A DNA stretch of 64,000 nt, taken from contig CM059432.1 of assembly GCA_030390025.1 (NCBI GenBank), positions 130,450,001 through 130,514,000 on the forward strand, written 5' to 3'. Positions 51,046-64,000 of the stretch are shown here, piece by piece; within the stretch, counting starts at the first letter, position 1, and each line of letters begins with the position of its first letter. A program made the translations under genes and the position numbers. The stretch comes from Squalus acanthias (lineage: Eukaryota). The notes under the pieces were generated by a model, which saw nothing but the letters and a program-made list of their open reading frames with translations, was not told the origin of the DNA and did no database searches.

Positions 51046-53957
51046 TGCACAGAATGTACTCTGGGTGGGGGACTTCAATGTCCATCACCAAGAGCGGCTC
51101 GGTAGCACCACTACTGACCAAACTGGCCGAGTCCTGAAGGACATAGCTGCCGGTCTGGGCCTGCAACATGTGGTGAGAGAACCAACAAGAGGGAAAAAAC
51201 AACTTGACCTCGTCCTCACCAATCTACCTGTCACAGATGCATCTGTCCATGACAGCACTGGTAGCCGTGACCACCGCACAGTCATTGTGGAGATGAAGTC
51301 CCGTCTTCACACTGAGGACACCCTTCATCATGTTGTGTGGCACTACCACCCTACTAAATGGGATAGATTCAGAACAGATCCATCAGCTCAAAAATGGGCA
51401 TCCATGAGGCACTGTGGGCCATCAGCAGCAGCAGAATTGTATTCCACCACAATCTGTAGCCTCATGGCCTGGCATGTCCCTCACTCTACCATTACCATCA
51501 AGCCAGGGGACCAACCCTGGTCCAATAAGGAGTGTAGAAGAGTATGCCAGGAGCAGCACCAAGCGTACCTAAAAATGAGGTGCCAACCTGGGGAAGCTGC
51601 AACACAGGACTACATACATGCTAAAAAGCGGAAGCAGCATGCTATAGACAGGGCTAAGCGATCCCACAATCAACGGATCAGATCAAAGCTCTGCAGTCCT
51701 GCCACATCCAGTCGTGAATGGTGGTGGACCATTAAACAACTAACGGGAGGAGGAGGCTCCATGAATATCCCCATCCTCAATGATAGTGGAGCCCAGCAGA
51801 TGAGTGCAAAAGACAAGGCTGAAGCGTTTGCAACTATCTTTAGCCAGAAGTGCCGAGTGGATGATCCATATCGGCCTCCTCCTGAGGTCCCCACCATCAC
51901 CACTATGCAACACGGTGGCATAGTGGTTAGCACTGGTGCCTCACAGCGCCAGGGACCCGGGTTCGAATCTGACCTCGGGTGACTGTCTGTGTGGAGTTTG
52001 CACATTCTCCCCGTGTCTGCGTGGGTTTCCTCCGGGTGCTCCGGTTTCCTCCCACAGTCCAAAAATGTGCAGGTTAGGTTGATTTGGCTATGATAAATTG
52101 ACCCTTAGTGTTAGGGGGGGATTAAATATGTGGGGTTATGGGGATAGGATGGGATATGTTAGGGGGAATTAAATACGTGGGGTTACGGGGGTAGGGTGGG
52201 ATATGTGTACTGTGGGGATTAAAGCAGGGACAGGGTACTGGATTTGGATGATCAGCCATGATCGTGTTGAATGGTGGAGCAGGCTCGACGGGCCGAATGG
52301 CCTACTCCTGCTCCTAGATTCTATCACAGAAGCCAGCCTTCAGCCAATTCGATTCACTCCACATGATATCAAGAAACGGTTGAGCGCACTGGATACAGCA
52401 AAGGCAATGGGCCCCAACAACATCCCAGCTGTCATGCTGAAGACTTGTGCTCCAGAACTAGCCGCACCTCTAGCCAAGCTGTTCCAGTACAGCTATAACA
52501 CTGGCATCTATCCGACAATGTGGAAAACTTCCCAGGTATGTCCTGTCCACAAAAAGCAGGACAAATTCAATCCGGCCAATTACGCCCCATCAGTCTACTC
52601 TCAATCATCAGCAAAGTGATGGAAGGTGTCGTCGACAGTGCTAGCAAGCAGCACTTACTCAACAATAATCTGCTCACTGATGCCCAGTTTGGGTTCCGCC
52701 AGGACCACTCTGCTCCAGACCTCATTACAGCCTTGGCCGAAACATGGAGAAAGGAGCTGAATTCCAGGTGAGGTGAGAGTGACTGCCACTGACATCAAGG
52801 CAGCATTTGACCGAGTGTGGCATCAAGGAGCCCTAGTAAAACTGAAGTCAATGGGAATCGGGGGGGGGAAACGCTCCACTGGCTGGAGTCATACCTAGCA
52901 CAAAAGGAAGATGGTTGTGGTGGTTGGAGGTCAATCATCACAGCCCCAGGACATCGCAGCAGGAGTTCCTCAGGGCAGTGTCCTAGGTCCAACCATCTTC
53001 AGCTGCTTCATCAATGACCTTCCCTCCAGCATAAGGTCAGAAATGGGGATGTTCGCTGATGACTGCACAGTGTTCAGTGCCATTCGCAACTCCTCAGATA
53101 ATGAAGCAGTCCATGCCCGTATGCAACAAGACCTGGACGAAATTCAGGCTTGGGCTGATACGTGGCAGGTAACATTCGCGTCACACAAGTGCATGGCAAT
53201 GACTATCTCCAAAAAGCGAGAGTCTAACCACTGCCCCTTGACATTCAACAGCATTACCATCGCCGAATCCCCCACCATCAACATCCTGGGGGTCACCATT
53301 GACCAGAAACTTAACTGGATCAACCACATAAATACTGTGGCAACAAGAGCAGGTCAGAGACTAGGTATTCTGCGGCAAGTGTCTCACCTCCCAACTCCAC
53401 AAAGCCTTTCCAACTTCAACAAGGCACAAGTAAGGAGTGTGATGGAATACTCTCCACTTGCCTGGATGAGTGCAGCTCCAACAACACTCAAGAAGCTCGA
53501 CACCATCCAGGACAAAGCAGCCCGCTTGATTGGCACCCCATCCACCACCTTAAACATTCCCTCCCTCCACCATCAGCGTACCGTGGCTGTAGTGTGTACC
53601 ATCTGAAAGATGCACTGCAGCAACTCGACAAGACTTCTTCGGCAGCATCTCCCAAACCCGCGACCTCTACCACCTAGAAGGACAAGGGCAGCAAGCACAT
53701 GAGAACACCACCACCTCCAAGTTCCCCTCCAAGTCGCACACAATCCTGACTTGGATGTACATCGCCGTTCCTTCATCGGCGCTGGGTCAAAATTCTGGAA
53801 CTCCCTCCCTAACAGCACTGTGGGAGTACCTTCATCACACGGACTGTAGCGATTCAAGGCGGCGGCTCACCACCACCTTCTCAAGGGCAATTAGGGATGG
53901 GAAATAAATGCTGGCTATGCCAGCGACGCCCAGATCCCATGAACGAATAAAAAAAAG
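51046..53957 (+). mobile_element. Non-LTR retrotransposon of a third family (CR1/L2-group), APE+RT ORF2 with frameshifts
   Basis: GDFNVHH, LDLVLTN (APE); QFGFR, GVPQGSVLGP, FADD (RT). Ends aataaatgctgg...gaataaaaaaaa and is interrupted by a SINE. Confidence 0.9.
51907..52322 (+). mobile_element. HE1-type V-SINE with alternative CR1 tail, inserted in the LINE
   Basis: Head and V-domain nearly identical to the 12593 copy. Possible TSD ATCAC at 51896-51900 and 52323-52327. Confidence 0.88.
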
Positions 53958-54009
53958 TCGGGATGGTGTGAAACGTAGAGGGGAACTTGGCGGTGATGGT
54001 GTTCCCATG

Positions 54010-54270
54010 CACCCGCTTGGAGGATGTGAGGAAAACCTTTTTTACACAGTGAGTGATGACGACCTGGAATTCGCTACCGACGGAAGTGGTGGAAGCGGAG
54101 CCACTCAATGTTGTCAAGGGAGACTGGATAGGCACTTGAGGGAAATAAACTTGCAGGGCTACGGGGATAGAGTGGGGGAATGGGACTGACTGGATTGCTC
54201 TACAGAGAGCCAGCACGGACTCGATGGGCAGAATGGCCTCCTTCTGTGTTGTTATGACGCTATGACTATG
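54010..54270 (+). mobile_element. CR1 3' end fragment
   Basis: 'LDRHLREINLQGYGDRVGEWD*' followed by the 3' UTR and a ctatgac tail. Confidence 0.8.
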
Positions 54271-54277
54271 ACCTCAA

Positions 54278-54696
54278 ACGCCTTTCACAACCTCAGAACA
54301 TCCCAAAGCACTTCACAACCAATGACGTGTAGTCATCGCTGTAATGTTTGGAAACTCAGCAGCCAATTTGCACACAGCAAGATCCCGCAAACAGCAATGA
54401 GATGATTGACCAATTAAATTGTTTTAGTGATGTCGGCTAGAGATAAATATTGGCCAAGACACTGGGTGAACTCTCCTTCTCTTCTTCGAATAGTGCCACA
54501 GAAAATTTAACGTCCACCTGAGAGGGCAGACATTTAACCTCTCATTCGAAGGAGGGCACCTCAGACAGTACACCACTCCCTCAGCACTGCACTGAAGTGT
54601 CAGCCAAGATTATGTGGTCGAGTCTCTGGAGTGGAGCTTGAACCCACGACCTCTAACTCAGAGAGGAGAGTGCTACCACAGAGCAAAGGCTGACAC
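54278..54696 (-). mobile_element. SacSINE1-like Deu-SINE (diverged)
   Basis: Aligns with 40975-41410. Confidence 0.8.
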
Positions 54697-55017
54697 AAGG
54701 AACGTATTCTAGCAGTAACTTTCCAGATTGACTTATAGGTTTATTTTCCATCGACACTTCCAGAGAAAGCGCCACTCCCATCATCAATATATACAGAAAT
54801 GGTTTTGTCATCGAATGTGTTTACTGGTGCCTCAGCCTGCCTGTGCAAGCCAGTGAAGCAATTTTGTGCACATCAGACTGAATGTACGCACTTTCCTCAG
54901 GCACTAGGAATCGTATTATAGCCAGATGCATAGCCATGAATGGCAACCATAATCGTTTTTCCAGCTGCTAATAAATCCACCCACAACTAGAACAACTTGC
55001 ATTTATATAGCGCCTTT

Positions 55018-56340
55018 AACATAGGAACATCGGAACAGGAGTAGCCATTTGACCCCTCGAGCCTGTTCCGCCATTCAATGAGATCATGGCTGATCTGTGA
55101 CCTAACTCCATATACTCGCCTTTGCCTCATATCCCTCAATACCTTTGGTTAACAAAAATCTATCAATCTCAAATTTAAAATGAATAATTGATCTTGCATC
55201 AATTGCTGATTGCAGAAGAGAGTTCCAAACTTCTCCCACCCTGTGTGTGTAGAAGTGTTTCCTAATTTCACTCCTGAAAGGTCTGGCTCTAATTTTTAGA
55301 CTATGCCCCCTAGTCCTAGAATCCCCAACCAGCGAAAATAGTTTCTCTCTATCTACCCTATCTGTTCCCCTTAATATCTTGAAAACTTCGATCAAATCAT
55401 CCCTTAAGCTTCTAAATTCCAGGGAATACAACCTTAATTTGTGTAATCACTCCTCATAATTTAACCCCTGGAGTCCGGGTATCATGCTGATAACCTACGC
55501 TGTGCTGCACTCCCTCCAAGGCCAATATATCCTTCCTAAGGTGTGGTGCCCAGAACTGCTCACAGTACTCCAGGTGTGGTCTAACCAGAGTTTTGTATAG
55601 CTGTAGCATAACTTCTACCCCCTTATATTCTAGTCCTCTAGATATAAAGGCCAGCATCCCATTAGCCTTTTTGTTTATTTTCTGTACCTGTTCATGACAT
55701 TTTAATGATCTATGTACCTGAACCCCCAAGTCTCTTTGGACCGCCACTGTTTTTAACTTTTCACCATTTAGAAAGTACACTGTTCTATCCTTTTAGGTCC
55801 AAAGTGGATGACCTCACATTGCCTACATTGAAATCCATTTGCCACAGTTTTGCCCATTCACTTAATCTATCAATATCTCTTTGTAATTTTATGCTTTCAT
55901 CTATACTGCCTACAATGCCGCCTATCTTTGGGTCATCTGCCAATTTGGCTTTCTATCCCATCACCTAAGTCGTTAATAAATACAATGAATAGTTGAGGCT
56001 GCAACAAAGATCCCTGTGGGACACTACTAGTCACATCTTGCCAATTCGAGTACCTGCCCATTATCCCTACTCTCTGTCTCCTGCCGCTCAGGCAATTTCC
56101 TAACCAGGTCAATAATTTGCCTTCAATTCCATGGGCTTCAACCTTAGTTAACAGTCTCTTATGAAGGACTTTATCAAATGCCTTCTGGAAATCCATATAA
56201 ATAACATCCATAGACATTACCCTGCCCGCTACTTTAGTCACCTCTTCAAAAAATTCAATCAGGTTCGTCAGGCATGACCTACAGGCATTATCTTTCTGAT
56301 CAACTGAAAATTTTCAAGGTGTTCAGTCACTCTATCCTTA
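55018..56340 (-). mobile_element. CR1 LINE 3' portion, frameshifted
   Basis: Minus-strand ORFs 'YMDFQKAFDKV', 'LVRPHLEYC', 'YSLEFR'. Tail acataggaacat on +. Confidence 0.92.
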
Positions 56341-56344
56341 ACTA

Positions 56345-56582
56345 ATTGATGGCGAGGTAGTGCTCAGTGTCGTCAGCGCACATGTGGAACCCGACGTCGT
56401 GTTTTCGGATGACGTCGCCAAGAGGTAGCATGTAGATAAGAAATAGGAGGGGACCAAGGATATATCCTTGGGGGACTCGAGGTAATGGTTTGGGAGCAAG
56501 AGAAGCCATTGCAGGTGATTCTCTGGCTACGACTGGATAGATAAGAATGCAACCAGGCAAGGGCAGTCCCACCCAGCTGGAC
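56345..56582 (-). mobile_element. L2 RT fragment
   Basis: '[37 protein letters not shown]'. Confidence 0.82.
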
Positions 56583-56695
56583 AAATAAAAATAGGGCAGA
56601 TTTTACAATACCCAGGAATCCAAGTCACTAGAAAAGAACTGCTTGCAAAAGTAGTGCAATATAAGGGCATCATCAAAGCAGCCTTGATCTCCTAC

Positions 56696-56802
56696 CTGGT
56701 GTGTGACATCATCTACAGCCTGTATAAACTGCTCAAGCTCCCGGTCCATAGATACATAGTCTAGCATCAACTTTTCCATGTTGCTTACTTCTTCTGCACC
56801 AC
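56696..56802 (-). CDS. NSMCE2: NSMCE2 internal coding exon (107 bp): xGAEEVSNMEKLMLDYVSMDRELEQFIQAVDDVTHQ
   Basis: Minus strand reads ttttctag|GT GGT GCA...CAC CAG|gtagg, with canonical acceptor and donor and an open frame. It resembles human NSE2 'SMDKAMVEFATLDRQLNHYVKAVQSTINH' (recalled). It ends in phase 0, matching the next exon. Absent from the ORF track. Confidence 0.93.
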
Positions 56803-56974
56803 CTAGAAAACAAAACGCATCAATAAATTACGGCTGCATTAGCTAGTAATTAACCTCTAGCTGTTTTGACCTGTGAAGCTTTAAGTGTATTAAATGTTTG
56901 CAATTTAAGTGCATCTGGAGGTTGAAGAAGCAAGAACTCGGCTCTGAAAGCACAATCACTGTCTGTTGAACAGC

Positions 56975-57246
56975 AATTTGGGATGATAAAGCTTTGAACC
57001 CAAGCTTCTTTGCACAAAGGGTGATTAGAATATGAAATTCTTTGCCACAAACCATTGTTGAATCATAGTCCATAAATGATTTCAGAAGGAAATTGGACAA
57101 TTGCTTGAGAAAGAGGAATATTAAAAAGGTATGGGGCGTGAGCAGGAGAATGGAATTGGACCAAGTAGCTCATGTGGAAAAAAATACCAGTGCCGACTTG
57201 ATGGGCTGAATAACTGTTCCTGTGCTACAATATTCCACGATTCTAT
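56975..57246 (+). mobile_element. Old CR1 3' end
   Basis: ttctttgcacaaagggtgattaga...ttgatgggctgaat...gattctat. Confidence 0.6.
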
Positions 57247-57423
57247 TTGAGCATTCAACCCATGAAGCTCTAACACAAAGTTTTACAGCAGACCAATATA
57301 CTGCAACTGTCAAATAGCACATGACAAATGTGAAATGAACTGCAAAAACTCTCAGGGCTTTTAATTACATTTTCTATTTAATAAAATAAGTAAAGTATTC
57401 TTTTTCATTAAACATTAAAGGAT

Positions 57424-58750
57424 CCACATGACAGACTGGTCAGAAAAGTAAAAGCCCATGGGATCCAAGGGAAAGTGACAAGTTAGATCCAAAATTGTCT
57501 CAGTGGCAGGAAACAAAGGGTAATGGTCGACGGATGTTTAAGACTGGAAAGCTGTTTCCAGTGGAGTTCCGCAGGGCTCAGTACTAGGTCCCTTGCTTTT
57601 GTGGTATACATCAATGATTTAGACTTCAATGTAGGGGGCATGATTAAGAAGTTTGCAGATGATACAAAAATTGGCCGTGTGATTGATAGTGAGGAAGAAA
57701 GCTGTAGACTGCAGGAAGATATCAGTGGACTGGTCAGGTGGGCAAAAAAGTGGCAAATGGAATTCAATCCGGAGAAGTGAGAGGTAATGCATTTGGGGAG
57801 GGCTAACAAAGCAAGGGAATACACATTAAATGGTAGGATACAGAGACGTGTAGGGGAACAGAGACCCCTTGGAGTGCATGTCCACAGATCTCTGAAGGTA
57901 GCAGGACAGGTAGATAAGGTGGTTAAGGCAGCATACGGGATACTTTACTTTATTAGATCAATTGTTAATTTTAAATCGGAGATTGATAGCTTTCTGTTAA
58001 CCAAAGGTATTAAGGGATATGGGCCAAATGTAGGTTTATGGAGTTAGGTCACAGATCAGCCATGATCTCATTGAATGGCAGAACAGGCTCGAGGGGCTGA
58101 ATGGCCTACTCCTGTTCCTATGGTCCCATTAGCCGAGGCATAGAATATAAGAGCAGGGAGGTTATGCTTGAACTGTATAAAACACTAGTTAGGCCACAGC
58201 TAGAGTACTGCGTACTGTTCTGGTCACCACATTACAGGAAAGATGTGATTGCATTGGAGAGGGTACAGAGGAGATTTACAAGGATGTTGCCCGGACTGGA
58301 GAATTTTAGCTATGAAGAAAGATTGGATAGACTGGGGTTGTTTTCTTTGGAACAGAGGAGGCTGAGGGGAGACTTGATTGAGGTGTATAATATTATGAGG
58401 GGCCTAGATAGAGTGGATAGGAAGGACCCATTTCCCCTAGCAGAGAGATCAATAACCAGGGGGCATAGATTTAAAGTAATTGTAGAAGGAGTAGATGGGA
58501 GTTGAGGAGAAATGTTTCCACCCAGAGGGTGGTGGGTTCTGGAACTCACTGCCTGAAAGGGTGGTAGAGGCAGAAATGCTCATCACATTTAAAAAGTACT
58601 TGGATATGCACTTGAAGTGCCGTAACCTATAAGGCTACAGATCAAGAGCTGGAAAGTGGGATTAGGCTGGATAGTTCTTTTTCGGCCGGCACGGACACGA
58701 TGGGTCGAATGGCGTCTTTCTGTGCCGTAAAGTTCTGTGATTCTATGATC
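57424..58750 (+). mobile_element. CR1 LINE 3' portion with nested short CR1 3' end (57957-58127)
   Basis: 'KKFADDTK', 'LVRPQLEYC', tail ttctgtgattctatga. The nested piece is flanked by ATTAG at 57952-57956 and 58128-58132. Confidence 0.92.
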
Positions 58751-59452
58751 TTCTAAGCCATTGCTCGAGGCAATATGTCTGTGGTCTAGAGCACGGTTGT
58801 GATGTTGGGTGCAAATCTGGTCTGTCCCCTTAAGACTACTGCTCAAGTACTCCCTGTGGAAATCCAGGCAGTTGTAGATGCTTGTAAATTGTAGCTGAGG
58901 TCAGCAAATTGCTTGTAAATTTCTTACTCCACTTAACAACCTTTGCACATTAGCATCTCGTAGCTAATGACATTTAACAGAGGTGTGGTTATTACTTATT
59001 GAAAACTTTTTAAGCATGGCTTTTTTTCCTTATTAGGGTATTTAAACAGTATTTTGTGATCAAATTCCAGGACCTTAATCTGTGAAAGTCATAAATGAGT
59101 TGTCTTGATTATTAATAAATATTCCTTTACCAATGTAGTTAATTTTCATCTCTTGCCTTTTGTAAAGCCCAGGATACACAGGAAGATGGTATTCAAGATA
59201 TACCAGGTTGGAGGTAATTAGCATTTAACAGCAACTGAACTTAAAATGAGCAAGAAAGCCAATCACAATGCTGTGTTCTTCTGACTCAAAGCCTGAAACT
59301 TAAATTGCATTTTCCAATTAGCACCATTTTCTCATCCAACAATTAAACTCTGATTTATCTGAAACTGTTTATTTAACAATAATTAGACTTTATGGCCTTA
59401 AAAAGGACATAACTCCACCTTAGCACCAGAATTTAAGGAATTGGCACGTTAA

Positions 59453-59750
59453 TTACATAGAAATGAATTACATAGAAATTACAACATGGAAACAGGCCAT
59501 TCAGCCCAACCAGTCCGCGCTGGTGTTCACCCTCCACACGAGCAGTGTCCTAATCCCATGAACACGCCCTGTTCTCATATCCCTTTATTCCCCTTTCCTC
59601 CAACCACATATCTACTCTATACTTAAATAGTCTCTGCTTCAATCACTAACTCCAGTAGTGCATTCCACAGCCTCACAGCCCCCTGTGTAAATAAAATTTT
59701 CTCCTGCTCTCTGTCCTTATTCTCGTACATTTAATCTTGTATCTAGGTCT
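59453..59750 (-). mobile_element. Old CR1 3' end
   Basis: tacatagaaat..acaggccattcagcccaacc...gcattccacagcctcac pattern. Confidence 0.65.
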
Positions 59751-62700
59751 CCTTGTGAATCTAAACAGACATATGAGCAAGTTGAGGATGTAATACGCAT
59801 ATCAACAGGCTGGAGAAGATTAAATATCACACATGGAATTTAATAGAGTGCACAAAACACAGCATCCAGCTTAAAGGGGAAAAAGCTGCTTTCAATTAAC
59901 ACTAAAAACACGATGATTAAAAGAACCACATGTAACAGTAGATGCTGTGTTTGTCCAACACGAGTGCTCTCTGGTGGAGTTAAGCACATCAGCCTGCTAT
60001 CCAACCCATGAAAGGATTTAATTCTCTCCTCCACGAGTTACAAAAGCTCTTATATCAGCAATAAAACCGCTTAAATGAGCTGCAACCCTTTATGTACTAT
60101 TCAAATGTGCATGTCATTTTCTTTGTGTTATGAACGTACACTTCAAAAAAGTGCGTGGATAGGTGACCAAGTAAGTCTGCAGATTTATTATGCATTAACT
60201 GATTGCTTTCTTTTAAAAATACACTACCTGGCTGGCACACCCTGTTGATGGTCAACCACAACAGTAGCAGACACAAGGAAGAATGTCATTGGGTTATGGG
60301 TGTTAATTCTATGATGTTTCCCTCCACTTACACAGATTCTATTCTAAACACCAAAACACTTGATAATTTACCTTACCCAAAAAAGGCTTTCTTTGATATA
60401 TTAGGAAGATAAGTATTGGTGATAATAACCTGACTGCAATTAACTTCTGGTATCTCAAAAGATTTAACGTATAACCTTCCTTAAAAATAAAATGATATTG
60501 TAGTGTAAATACTAAAATTAAATACCACAAAATTAAGGTGATTGACTTCAGATGTGCTCCTTCTGTTGAGTGGATAAAGTGGAATTCTACAGTGTCTGAA
60601 GTCAGAACTAAGTAGTCATGGATCCAGAACTACAACTTACTGAGCACAGCATTTACCAGCTGGCACCTGCAATGAGGACTGAGGAGATTTGTAACGGATT
60701 AGATCTTTTGGAATGAGGAATGGTCCAAGATATAATGCAAAATAAAAAAGGGCAGCTCCAAACTGAAAATTAAATTCCTCATGGGTCAAACTGGTGCAAG
60801 CCTCTGGCATCTCACTGTAAATGGGTGTCAGACAGTCTTACTGTTTGTACCTCTACTTGGGCAACTTTTCAAAGCTAATCACATCTTACTGCTTCAATAC
60901 CTGCCAACCATGGTGCAGAGGTACCTATACGGGTTTTAGAAATGTATTTGGAACTACTATATCTGTCTTTATATATTTTCAACGTTGTGAAATATTAGTA
61001 AATACCTGGATCAAATTTAAACTCCACTTTGTTAAGGCACTGTTATTTAATGTGGTTGGCATGTTTTAATAAAAAAGGCAAGTCCAGCCATTTGTACACG
61101 TTTTATAAAAGGTTTGAATGGGAATGTGAATGTGGGATCAAGAAAGCGTTTTAACATTTTATATCCACTATCAGCATCAAGGAATACAAGACCAGGAATA
61201 TTGTGGGTTAGAGACAGAATAAAGTTCCCTTTAATACCATAATAATGTGCTTTAGCCCACAGCAACATTTGTTTCTTACTATAAAAAGCAACTAAGCATG
61301 GAGCTATTTTAGTACATATTGCTTCATTTTGTGTGGAAACAACACATAAATAACCTCAGCCACAGTGGCATCACAAGTACTGGACTGCCAAATATTTTAT
61401 AGCATAGGAGGAGAATCTAAGCAAGTCAGAATCCTGATAAAGGTGGACAGACCGAGAAGAACACCCACTACTGTCCCAGGATAACACTCCTTTTTCTCAA
61501 ACCAGTTTGCTTGAAGCCTCTGAGATTGTCAAACGATGCTGAATTATGTGTAGGTTTATCCCATGAACTTTTGATCACTTGTAATTTAATTGAAAGTGCT
61601 CAATTTTATGAAGTACTTTTTCCACGATCAGAGAAACAAAAGTTTTGTCCCATTAGCCTCGGATGGATTTGAACCCAGGTACCAGAGGCAACAGACCTAT
61701 GTGTCGACACATTTGCCGCCCTTTTCATACAATTTCCCTATTCGAAATAATGATGTGCAACAGGTTTTTATTCACAGTAACTAGCTTGAAAATATGCTGC
61801 TTTCAAAGTGAGTTATTTGGCAGTTTTCCACCAATTTGACATTTAAATATTTAGCAGGAAACAAACCATAGCTTTTCAGTTGGCTTAACATTGAAATATT
61901 TGAAATTTAACAGCCTCATCTTTGATGTTACATTTACTATTTTAAAATATTCCATAAAAAGTCTATTACTCTTCTGTTTCAATACTTTCACAACTTTTTT
62001 GCTGCTTAAATGTGAAACATCATTTGCTGACAGCAAAGATTTCAAGCTGTGCAACTTGAGTCAGGCTCCTAACTAATGCACTTTATCCTTTTAAAAATAC
62101 TCATTGATCAGCTCATCAGTTTTTCCACTGAAATTGGAGGATTACCAAGGATAAAAGGCCGCAGCGTCTACACTTTTTTCCCCCCCCCAAGATTCTGATT
62201 TAGCAAGATCTCTCACTCTGCTTACATTTCCATTCTATAAAGTATTTGGCAATCCAGCACTGTAGTGAGGCTGCTGCAGCAGAGGTTATTTATGCATTAC
62301 TTCTGCACAGATGCACGAATCTGCACTAAAGATAGCTTCATACCAGTTAACTGTGTTCAGCTGCTTTTAATAGTAAGAAACAAGCAAATCTCTGTTTGCT
62401 TGACTTGTGTTGCACAATCATGTGCCATCCCTCAAGTAGCAAAGCAAGCAAGCAACTCAGCAAATACCATGCTTCCTCTCAAGGTTTCCCCTTCATTGCA
62501 GACTTACGTACCCACTCGAGGGAAGAGAATCTTTGCATCAACACAATAATTCAAGATGTTTATCCAATATGGCACTCAATTAATTCCAGACTATCAACCT
62601 TAGGCACAAATTTACCACAAATTATGAATGCAGACAGGCTGGCGCTGCTTTGTTGCCCAAGTACATCCATAGAAAAAATATTCACCTACCCTTATTGTAC

Positions 62701-63547
62701 CTCTGAGGAGGTATACAAGTTAATACGTTTCATTCCAGATAGTCTATGAAAAATATTTACACTAGGCACTTTTAATGGGTATCTTTTCCAATTTAAGACT
62801 CATGTTTACTGTTCAATTAGCCGAAGAATTTTTGTTTACACACACAAAAAGTCATTTTATATTGCAACAATAAGTGCACCATGAGGAACAATGCATCACG
62901 ATCTACAGCAAAATACATCTATTTTTCATAATTTTTTTTTAGATTATTGCAACTTTTGGTCACTGACAAATTCTAAATTATATGAAGGTTCCATTCGGCT
63001 ACATTTTTGCATTTTTAAGCAAGATGTACAACTTGGGTTGAACGTCAATGATCACTTTCATCAGTGAACCTCAAGAACCCTATGAATCAAAGTGTGCCCT
63101 TAACGGCCCCGTATTTAAGTAGATGTAGCAAGACCTCAGAATCAAACATAAAATTCTCCCCAGTATATTCTGGTTTACTGGACACATGACCTCTTGCACC
63201 GAGACCCAGGCTATAAATCAACAGATAATTTTTTTTAATTAAACAGGTAAATGGACATTTCTCAGCACAAAAATAGTACATGTACAATATTTTACAAACT
63301 TCACTATTATCCTAAAAATATTAAAACAACAAATAAACTTCTCCTGAGCTATGTCTAAACATAAAATTGTTGCTTGATACATGATTTCTGACTTCTTATG
63401 TGGTAAAACACTACCAAAAAGTCACTGATGTAGTTCAGTGTCTCTGCGGGCCTCAGGCAGACTATTGACCAAGTCAGCTAGAAATATTCTAATTACAATA
63501 TGTGGAAGATATATCGGAACAAAGTCCATTAAAAAAGGAACCTTGCA

Positions 63548-63660
63548 TAACAAAAACAGAAAACGTTGGCAACATACAACAGGTCACTCAGCATCTTTGG
63601 AGAGAACAGATAAGTTAACTTTTAGCCTGTGATCAGTTCTGATGAAGGGCTGTATACCTC
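63548..63660. mobile_element. Degraded family-A fold-back element, followed by a CR1 tail (-) to about 63790
   Basis: aaaaacagaaaa..acaggtca..cagcatct..ggagaga..gttaac then ttCTGATGAAGGG. Confidence 0.55.
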
Positions 63661-64000
63661 AATCATATCATAAAAGCACAGAATGATACAGCACAGAAGG
63701 AAGCCATTCGGCCCATCATGCCCGTGCCGGCTCTTTCAAAAAACTATCCAATTAGTCCCATTCCCCTGTCATTTCCCTATAGCCCATAACACAGGCGATG
63801 CTTGGGCCAGGTCTGGATCTCCTGTGGGTCAGATCTCCTGTGGGTCAGAATATTTTGAATTGAATAGCTTGGTCATTTAAATCTATTAACATGATCAAGC
63901 CACTTAACTTCATAGCAATAACTTGTAGCCCCATTATCTATAGCAATCAGCATCTGATGCATAGCAGCCAGCAAGGGTTCGCCCCTGCACATAAATCTGA

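Larger units (their letters stand above)
15909..56695 (-). other. NSMCE2: NSMCE2 intron, 40,787 bp (GT-AG)
   Basis: Donor GTAGG at 56695 and acceptor TAG at 15909-15911 on the minus strand. The exons join in frame and no intervening NSE2-like exon is needed. Confidence 0.85.

Noticed and set aside
61645..61720. B-box-like GGTTCAAATCC on the minus strand (possible old SINE head)
   Set aside because: Too degraded to assign a family or boundaries.
56803..64000. First coding exon or promoter of NSMCE2
   Set aside because: No NSE2 N-terminal-like exon or CpG island was recognised. It probably lies beyond the window, though I could have missed it by eye.

Overview
Eukaryotic genomic DNA, very likely from a shark or other cartilaginous fish, judged from HE1/V-SINEs, SacSINE1-like Deu-SINEs and shark-type CR1/L2 LINEs. 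The window lies inside a minus-strand gene I recognise as NSMCE2 (NSE2/MMS21, SUMO E3 ligase of SMC5/6). Two coding exons are visible (56696-56802, 107 bp; 15755-15908, 154 bp), separated by a 40.8-kb intron. The rest is intronic and dense in mobile elements: CR1, L2 and a third LINE family, tRNA-derived SINEs, PIF/Harbinger elements and MITEs, a TcMar/Tigger-like MITE, and tandem repeats. The most notable signal is two families of short fold-back inserts, three copies with 9-12 bp target-site duplications, that carry minimal hammerhead-ribozyme cores (CUGANGA-stem II-GAAA), as expected for Penelope-like pLTR derivatives. Family names come from recognition, not database searches, and repeat boundaries are approximate.
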